This document shows, piece by piece, positions 9,521 to 16,537 of a stretch of DNA of 16,537 nt (within the stretch, counting starts at the first letter, position 1; the number at the start of each line of letters is the position of its first letter). The notes beneath the pieces are model-generated. The model was given only the letters and a program-made list of their open reading frames with translations. It searched no databases and was not told where the DNA came from. Origin of the DNA: Octopus sinensis (taxonomy: Eukaryota); contig NW_021825133.1 in NCBI RefSeq assembly GCF_006345805.1, positions 1 to 16,537 on the forward strand, in the 5' to 3' direction. Made by a program: the position numbers and the translations under genes.

Positions 9521-9640
9521 GCTGAGAGAGAGCGAGCTAATAATATGCAGCACGAACATTTGACCACTATAAACAAATAATCTGTGCGGCAAAAGCTGAA
9601 CGCTCATATCCTGTCTTCCACGGGAGCATCCATCGTATGA
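9521..9640 (+). mobile_element. SINE family D 3' fragment
   Basis: GAGCTAATAATATGCAGCACGAACATTTGACCACTATAAACAAA resembles the 3' part of the 470-745 element. Confidence 0.55.
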
Positions 9641-10024
9641 TACATATATATAGTGCAAAAACAGCCTACAGACTGTGATGGCCAATAAAATAGAAATGAA
9701 ATTTTAAAATTGATTCTTTCTGTGCAGCGTGGTGCCAAATGACTCTCGACCTGGTGGTGGGAGAGCCCTGGTTTAAATTAATAGCTTAATAGCTTAAGAT
9801 AGAGATATGTTCAACCTTAACTCGCACAAATTTGAGTGTGATAGAGATAATATGAGAAAGAGGCGGAAGTAAGGTAAAAGAGAACGGAAGTGAGGCAAAA
9901 TCTGGCGTTAAATCGATGACAAATTGGGTGTTAATGATCTTTACGGGGAAATTTTGTTAAAATTTGTTGTTGTTTGTCTTTTTATGTGTCGAGGTGTTCT
10001 TGTCTGTATTTGGTACGTAGACAT

Positions 10025-10205
10025 GAGAAAGAGAAGATAGAGGGAGAGAGTCTAAGAGAGAGAGAGAGAGAGGGAGAGAGAGAGACTAAGAGAGATAGAG
10101 GGAGTCTAAGAGAGAGAGAGAGAGAGAGAGTCTAAGAGACAGAGTCTAAGAGAGGGAGAGAGTCTAAGAGAGAGAAAGTCTAGAGAGAGAGAGAGAGAGA
10201 GAGTC

Positions 10206-10249
<44 letters not shown>

Positions 10250-10370
10250 TGACAGTGCGAGAGAGTAAAAGAGACAGACGGAGAGATAGGCAGATAGAAA
10301 GGCAGACATAGAGAGACGGAGAGAGTGAAATACAGTCAGAGAGAGAGAGAGAGAGAGAGTGTGTGATAGA
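10025..10370. repeat. (GA)n purine-rich tract punctuated by GTCTAA units
   Basis: Directly visible; eight GTCTA(A)G or GACTAAG interruptions between 10050 and 10209. Confidence 0.93.
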
Positions 10371-10620
10371 AAATGTGAGAGGGCGAGAGAGGGGGGTGAG
10401 CAGACGTTCAGCAGACTTGCATCCGTCGTATCCGCTGACTTTCAACATCATAACCGAACCATAAACAAGAATTTTGTATGTGTGTCTGTTAATATAAATA
10501 TCAGTTAACATATATACATATATACCTCAGAAGGATGCGCAGGCAACACGACTGCCTCTCTCTCTCTCTCTCTCTCTCTCTCACATACACACACACGAAG
10601 CTAATTTAATATATTACATA

Positions 10621-11010
10621 AGTGGCTGTGTGGTAAGTAGCTTGTTTACCTACCACATGGTTCCGGGTTCAGTCCCACTGCATGACACCTTGGGCAAGTG
10701 TCTTCTACTATAGCCTCGGGCCAACCAAAGCCTTGTGAGTGGATTTGGTAGACGGAAACCGAAAGAAGCCTGTCGTATATTTGTATATATATATAATATA
10801 TTTACGTGTGTGTATATGTTTATGTGTCTGTGTTTGTCCCCAAACATCACTTGACAACCGATGCTGGTGTGTTTACGTCCTCGTAAAGATGCCGATAGAA
10901 TAAGTACTAGGCTTCCAAAGAATAAGTCCCGGGGTCGATTTGCTCGACTAAAGGCGGTGCTCCAGCATGGCCACAATCAAATGACTGAAGCAAGTGAAAG
11001 AGTAAAAGAG
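10621..11010 (+). mobile_element. SINE family A, with a small internal deletion
   Basis: AGTGGCTGTGTGGTAAGTAGC... through GACTGAAGCAAGTGAAAGAGTAAAAGAG. It lacks the CTTAGCGGTTCGGCAAAAG segment seen in the 2562 copy. Confidence 0.92.
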
Positions 11011-11597
11011 CATACACCTACGTATGTGTTATATGCGTGTATGAATGTATGTGTGTGTGAGTGTGTGTGTGTGTTGTGTGTGTGTGTGGTGTGTGTGTGC
11101 ACGCATGTCTGAGTGTTTGGTGCATGTGGCTGTTCGTATATATTTGCACTATAAATATCAACATACACGCATACAGAGAACAATATTTGGAAATACATAT
11201 ATACACAGTTCGTAAATACACATATACACGTTAATGTAGATGCAATGGACCCGGGTCTATATAGAGAGCAACACAGAAGCACAATCACTGCTCATATCCG
11301 GCAAATAAAATACTCCAAGATTTTTAACGGTTCGTCCTCTCTAGTCTTGGACAACATGCTTCTAAATCCCTCAAAGTAGCCCCAAAATCGCGGAGTCTCG
11401 TAACTTTCTGACGATCTCACCGTGTCATCCTTTAACGGTAGCTAAGTCTCCATCTTCACGACTATTAGCTTTCGTATTTTAGGGTCCGAAATTTTTTTAG
11501 ATCTGATGGAATGTTGACCCATAAGTTCAAAATGAGACCTACTAAAGAAATAATCCTTCCAAATCGGTTTTTGGAAAAGAAAAAAAAGGGGAGAAAC

Positions 11598-11730
11598 GCT
11601 TTACAACCTATTGGTTTCGGGTTCAGTCCCACTGCGCGACACCTTGAGTAAGTGTCTTCTACTATGGCCTCCGATCGACTAATGCCTTGAGAGTGAATTT
11701 GGTAGACAGAAACTGTGTAGAACCTGTCGT
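11598..11730 (+). mobile_element. SINE family A head only, followed by (TATG)n
   Basis: GGGTTCAGTCCCACTGCGCGACACCTTGAGTAAGTGTCTTCTACTATGGCC...GAACCTGTCG, then (TATG)n at 11731-11812. Confidence 0.8.
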
Positions 11731-11810
11731 GTATGTATGTATGTATGTATGTATGTATGTATGTATGTATGTATGTATGTATGTATGCATGTATGCATGT
11801 ACGTATGTAT

Positions 11811-12190
11811 GTAGGAGTGACTGTGTAGTAAGAAGCTTGCTTCCCAACCGCATGGTTCCGGGTTCAGTCCCACTGCGTGGCACCTTGGACAAGTGCCTTC
11901 TAATATAGCCTCGGCTCGTCTAAAGCCTTGTGAGTGGATTTGGTAGACGGAAACTAAAAGAAGCCCGTCGTGTATATATATATATACACCTATGTGTGTG
12001 TATCTTTGTGTCTGTGCTTGCCCTCCTACCATGGCTTGACAAACGGTGTGGGAGTGTTTACGTTCCCGTAACTTAACGGGCCAGCTTAAGAAATCGATAG
12101 AATAAGTACCAGGTTTGATTTATTCAACTGAACCCTTCAAGGTGATGCCCCAGCATAGGCGCAGCCCAGTGACTGAAACAAATAAAAGAC
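11811..12190 (+). mobile_element. SINE family A-type, full length
   Basis: GTAGGAGTGACTGTGTAGTAAG head, short internal TA/TG run, and tail CCCCAGCATAGGCGCAGCCCAGTGACTGAAACAAATAAAAG. Confidence 0.88.
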
Positions 12191-12420
12191 ACTAAAAGTT
12201 CATCCTAAATTAAGGCTGATTAATAATGAAGGTCACCTAATTAATTAGCACCCAGTCACTCACAAACACACTTCTACCTCTATTAGACGCATGACGCGCT
12301 GGTCTCTCCTTCTGTCTATTTTACCGCTACTACAACGGTATATGCTCATTTGAACTAGCGAGTCACATACTATCGCCTACAAGATCTACTCATCTCTTAT
12401 CATGTCACCCATACTGTGCC

Positions 12421-12424
<4 letters not shown>

Positions 12425-12460
<36 letters not shown>

Positions 12461-12515
12461 TCTGTTTCCCTGTCTCTTTCTGACTGTCTGTCTTTCTGTC
12501 TGCCCCTCTCTCTCT

Positions 12516-12567
<52 letters not shown>
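12425..12567. repeat. (CT)n and (TATC)n microsatellites
   Basis: Directly visible; (TATC)n resumes at about 12807-12880 on the other side of the SINE. Confidence 0.95.
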
Positions 12568-12570
<3 letters not shown>

Positions 12571-12800
12571 ATTTCTTTATTGCCCACAAGAGGCTAAACA
12601 TAGAGGGAACAAACAAGGACAGACAAACGGATTAAGTCAATTATATTGACCCCAGTGCGTAACTGGTACTTATTTAATCGACCCCGAAAGGATGAAAGGC
12701 AAAGTCGACCTCGGTGGAATTTGAACTCAGAACGTAACTGCAGACGAAATACCGCTTAGCATTTCGCCCGGCGTGCTAACGATTCTGCCAGCTTACCGCC
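12568..12800 (-). mobile_element. SINE family B monomer, full length, inside a (TATC)n tract
   Basis: Same sequence as the 4956-5572 units, with head GGCGGTAAGCTGGCAGAATCGTTAGCACG and tail AATAAAGAAATAA on the minus strand. Confidence 0.93.
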
Positions 12801-12811
12801 TTTATGATCTG

Positions 12812-12844
<33 letters not shown>

Positions 12845-12845
12845 C

Positions 12846-12881
<36 letters not shown>

Positions 12882-13251
12882 CCCTTTGTTTTTCTGTCTC
12901 TCTCGCACTAAGCTCCAACACTAAAATCTATACTTAATCCTTCCACTTTATAACACTAATCCACTCGAATCCTTCGCCGCCAATGCTTTCTTATTCTCTT
13001 CTCTTCTCTTTTTTTTCTTTCTTTTCTTTTCATTTTTCACGCTGTCGTCGACCTAGAGATATTCAAAATATGAACATCAGTCGTATTGATCTGATCTGAC
13101 AAGTCTCGGAGGAACTGTAAAAGGTCAGGAAAGCAACCTTTACTAAGGCATAATTTTACACACACACACACACACACACTCACACACACATACACACACA
13201 CACACACACTTCTTTTGTGTGCGTGTGCATGTGAGTGTGTGTGTGTGTGTG

Positions 13252-13690
13252 TCTTTTATCATTTACTTGTTTCAGTCATGTTAGATTGCGGCCATGCTGG
13301 AGCAACGCCTTCAAGAATTTCTTGTGTGAATCGACCCAATTATTTTTCTTTCTGGTAAACCTGATACTTATTCTATCGGTCGCTTTTGCCGAACCGTTGA
13401 GTTACGGTGACATAAGCACACCTTTACCGGTTGTCAAGCGGTGGTGGGGGACAAGCTCAGACACAAAGCCACACACACACACACATAAACACACACTCTC
13501 TCTCTCACACACACACATACATACACACACACATATATACGATGGGCTTCTTTCTGTTTCCATCTAATAAGTTAACTTGAAAGGTTTTGGCCGACCCGAG
13601 GCTATAGTAGAATACACTCGCCTAATGTGCCAGACAGTGGGACTGAACCCGGAGCCATGTGGTTGGAAAGCAAGTTTCTTAACACGCAAC
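13252..13690 (-). mobile_element. SINE family A-type copy with internal (TG)n
   Basis: Reverse complement of the A head (13548-13690) and tail (13252-13470), separated by a CA-rich tract. Confidence 0.88.
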
Positions 13691-13735
13691 CTTGTCTAGA
13701 GATATTTTATCAACGAGTAATAAAGCATTTTGTTG

Positions 13736-14010
13736 TTACGGTTGTTGTTGTTGTTGTTCTCGGATGTGGGCCATAAATTCCGTCACTGGAGCTGCAGACA
13801 AAACCCGCTTGGTGAATTTTGATAAAGAGAGCCGAACAGTGGTTTGGTGCCAGTGGAATGCAAGCTGGGGCTTGACCAATCCCGGCTGGGTCAACTGGGC
13901 AAGTGGGGTCTGCTGCTGAAGGTACCGAAACTTCCATGAGACCCGAGACGTGTCGCTGATGATGTACCCCCAGAGTATCCCCAGAGCATCAGCGAGATGT
14001 ATCTTACAAA
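13736..14010 (-). CDS. Coding exon of an unidentified protein (probably terminal, ending QQQQQP*)
   Basis: Acceptor TTTTGTTTGGTTTTAG at 14026-14011. The frame is open from the acceptor for 90 codons (CKIHLADALGILWGYIISDTSRVSWKFRYL...HIREQQQQQP*). The sequence is non-repetitive and visibly GC-richer than its flanks, and it is phase-compatible with exon 15594-15713. Confidence 0.6.
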
Positions 14011-14164
14011 CTAAAACCAAACAAAACTGAGAACGTGAATGTTAGTCTCAATATATTGCAAGCATTTTCTTACACACTTAAGAAATTCTTGAGCTTTGGT
14101 TACGTTGTACCTCCTGCGCTTCCTTTCATAACTCCTCACTCAAGCGCATACACATAAATAGATA

Positions 14165-14424
14165 GATATGTTTCTTTATTAGCCACACAGGGCTGAACAC
14201 AGACGTGACAAATTACAAAGTAGATATTTTCTTTTGGGGGAGAAAAAAAAAGTGGGGTAGGTTTTCGATCAAAAGGGATCGTAAAAGGAAAAAAAATAAT
14301 AAAACGATCAATAGGGATCGCGTATCACAGAAATGTCATGATGTAAAGTGTAAAGGGGGAAACAGATAAGGTTTATCCGTGGAAAGAAAAGCCTACGGAA
14401 AAGACCACAGTAACCTTGGTCAAT
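14165..14424 (-). mobile_element. 3' end (UTR-like) of a LINE-type element that shares its tail with SINE family B
   Basis: The minus strand ends GTGTTCAGCCCTGTGTGGCTAATAAAGAAACATA, closely matching the family B tail, while the body differs. The LINE identity (CR1-like) rests on my recollection of octopus repeats. Confidence 0.5.
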
Positions 14425-14520
14425 AATAGACAGATAGATAGATAGATACATACATACATACATACATATATACATACATACATACATACATAATATATAC
14501 ATACATACATACATACACAA
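14425..14520. repeat. (GATA)n/(CATA)n microsatellite
   Basis: Directly visible. Confidence 0.93.
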
Positions 14521-14570
14521 ACACACTTGTATTCGAACGTCTTTCTAAACACGTAAATGAGCGTAGGATT

Positions 14571-14893
14571 GGCACTCTGTCGCCTTCGACGACGAAAGTT
14601 CGAGTTGATTCGATCAACAGAACAGCCTGCTGGTGCAGTTAACGTGCAAGTGGCTGAGCACTTTACAGACATGTGTACCCTTAACGTAGTTCTCAGAGAG
14701 ATTCTGCGTGACACAGAATGCGACAAGGCTGGCCCTTTCAATTACAGATGCAACTCATTTTTGCTAGCTGACTGGACTGGAGCAAAGTGAAATAAAGTGT
14801 CCTGCTCAGGGACACAACGCATCGCCGGAAATCGATCTCATGACCTTACGATCGTGAATCGAATACCCAAACCAACATACCACGTGCATTCAC
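14571..14893 (-). mobile_element. tRNA-derived SINE, family C' (D-like head, C-like 3' tail)
   Basis: 14571-14751 aligns to 3797-3977. The head and core (CACGATCGTAAGGTC...GTTGTGTCCCTGAGCAGGACAC) resemble the 470-745 element. Confidence 0.8.
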
Positions 14894-14950
14894 AAGTCTG
14901 CAACATGTAAACATACAAAAACACACAAAGTTAACATTAAGCGCATATAC

Positions 14951-15147
14951 TATTTCTTTACTACCCACAAGGGGCTAAACACAGAGGGGACAAACGGATT
15001 AAGTCAATTATATTGACCCCAGTGCGTAACTGGTACTTATTTAATCGACCCCGAAAGGATGAAAGGCAAAGTCGACCTCGGCGGAATTTGAACTCAGAAC
15101 GTAACCGCAGACGAAATACTACTAAGCACTTCGCCCGGCGTGCTAAC
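14951..15147 (-). mobile_element. SINE family B monomer, slightly 5'-truncated, with a small internal deletion
   Basis: Matches the 12568-12800 copy. It lacks about 14 bp between two GACAAAC microhomologies. Confidence 0.9.
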
Positions 15148-15164
15148 AAGCATACACAAATATG

Positions 15165-15330
15165 GCCCAAAATAAGAAAAACACAAAGACGAGGTGAACA
15201 AACAGAATACATAAAGCTCATTTATGTTCAGAAAGAAATGGAAGACGTCTTTAGCATTTCGAGCCTACGCTCTTTTTCTACGGAAACGAGAGACAAGCAG
15301 AGAAAAAACAGAGAGAAAGGAAATCGTGTC
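15165..15330 (-). mobile_element. Second Penelope-like terminal remnant with a hammerhead-like stem
   Basis: The minus strand reads TTCCGTAGAAAAA-GAGC-GTAG-GCTC-GAAATG-CTAAAGAC, followed by a pyrimidine- and T-rich tail like that at 7868-8000. Confidence 0.45.
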
Positions 15331-15593
15331 TGAGTTAAACACATATAACATGGAGGTAAACACACTCACACAGAGATAACGTTAACCGCATATACATATG
15401 TATACATAAGTCTACGCATACATATGTACACGCAAATATATACAGTTACGCGATTTCATATTAGAATGGATTTGAGTACATAAACAGCAAAGTAGGTATA
15501 TAAGCCTAAGTTATATCCGGGGTACAATGATGAGCGCTCTACTTAGTTTCTCGATAACTAGAAAATGCAAACCAAATCTCCTTCAAATCACAC

Positions 15594-15713
15594 CTATTTT
15601 TTCTATGAAGTATGCCACATTTGATAAGACTGAGGAAACAATGTGCCTGGAAAACTGTGGAATGGTCTTGGATGCGTTGCCTTTGATTATAGCTCCATCG
15701 AATCGCAGCTGAC
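15594..15713 (-). CDS. Internal coding exon (120 nt, phase 1-1) of the same unidentified gene
   Basis: Open frame xQLRFDGAIIKGNASKTIPQFSRHIVSSVLSNVAYFIEKI, with donor AG|GTGTGA at 15593. In-frame stops lie just outside both ends. The acceptor is weak: AAG at 15716-15714, or an alternative CAG 5 nt downstream. This frame is absent from the ORF track. Confidence 0.55.
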
Positions 15714-15739
15714 CTTGTGTTAAACAATATTACCAGCCA

Positions 15740-16084
15740 TACACACGCACATACACACACAAACACAAACATAAACACACACATTCATACATTTACACTG
15801 AAATACACCAAGCAGACCCAAACAGGAGATAGGTCTTACACGCGTATTCACACACAATTATAGATATGCATACACATACTTACACATTGGTAGACATACT
15901 TACACATATACATACACAATGGTAGAATTATATACATGTTACAGAGACAACGACAGACATATACACCACACAAACTACACAAACATACAAACATACACAC
16001 GTCAACGCCTCACCATATTTCTCTCTCTCTCTCACTATGTCTGTCTGTCTAGTTGTTTGTCTCTCTCTCCTTCTCTTTCCCTCA

Positions 16085-16124
<40 letters not shown>

Positions 16125-16490
16125 GCACACATACACACATAAACACACTCTGCACATACACCCACACACAGAGACGCATAAACGTTGGCGAGTCGGTTGG
16201 CTTTATTGACTCAATCTGCAAGTGTGTATCTGAGTGCGCGCGCGCACGTATCTGTGTGCATGGGTCTATGTGCAAGTGTGAGTGTGCGTGCATGCGTATG
16301 TGGGTCTTTGTGGATATGTGCCATGATTCCTCTCTTTCTATGTGCATGTGGGTGTCTATGTGTCTGAATACAAATGATTGTCCATCGAAACATGTATATA
16401 CTATATGCATATATACAATATGTATGTATACACTGTAAACATATACATACATACATGTAACAATACACACATACATACATACATACTACA

Positions 16491-16526
<36 letters not shown>

Positions 16527-16537
16527 TATATATAAAG
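15740..16537. repeat. Compound (CA)n/(CT)n/(TG)n/(CATA)n low-complexity region
   Basis: Directly visible. Confidence 0.9.

Noticed and set aside
11290-11575. Unique-looking stretch, possibly a DNA-transposon internal piece
   Set aside because: No TIR, TSD, second copy or coding motif was found, so I cannot support a call.
15539-15784. ORF-track frame SAAIRWSYNQRQR as the coding frame
   Set aside because: It starts in a TG microsatellite, and its phase at the AG|GT donor would put an immediate stop into the 14010 exon. The alternative frame QLRFDG joins correctly.

Overview
AT-rich animal genomic DNA, not prokaryotic (no operons, rRNA, tRNA genes or CRISPR). The tRNA-derived SINE families and the extreme (TA)n/(TATG)n/(CA)n/(GA)n microsatellite load point to an octopod cephalopod (Octopus); this is inferred from recalled repeat sequences, not from a search. 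Most of the window is intron-like sequence filled with: about ten copies or fragments of a bipartite SINE with an internal microsatellite (family A); a second SINE (family B), including a head-to-tail trimer; three module-swapped SINE types (C, C', D); a decayed Helitron PIF1 helicase; LINE 3' remnants; a hAT-type MITE expanded into a tandem array; a Helentron/DINE-like mini-element; and two Penelope-like remnants with a hammerhead-like motif. Family letters are my working labels. Nearly all ORFs in the supplied track are repeat artefacts. The best gene evidence is a pair of phase-compatible minus-strand exons (15594-15713 and 13736-14010) that splice into one open frame of unidentified function.
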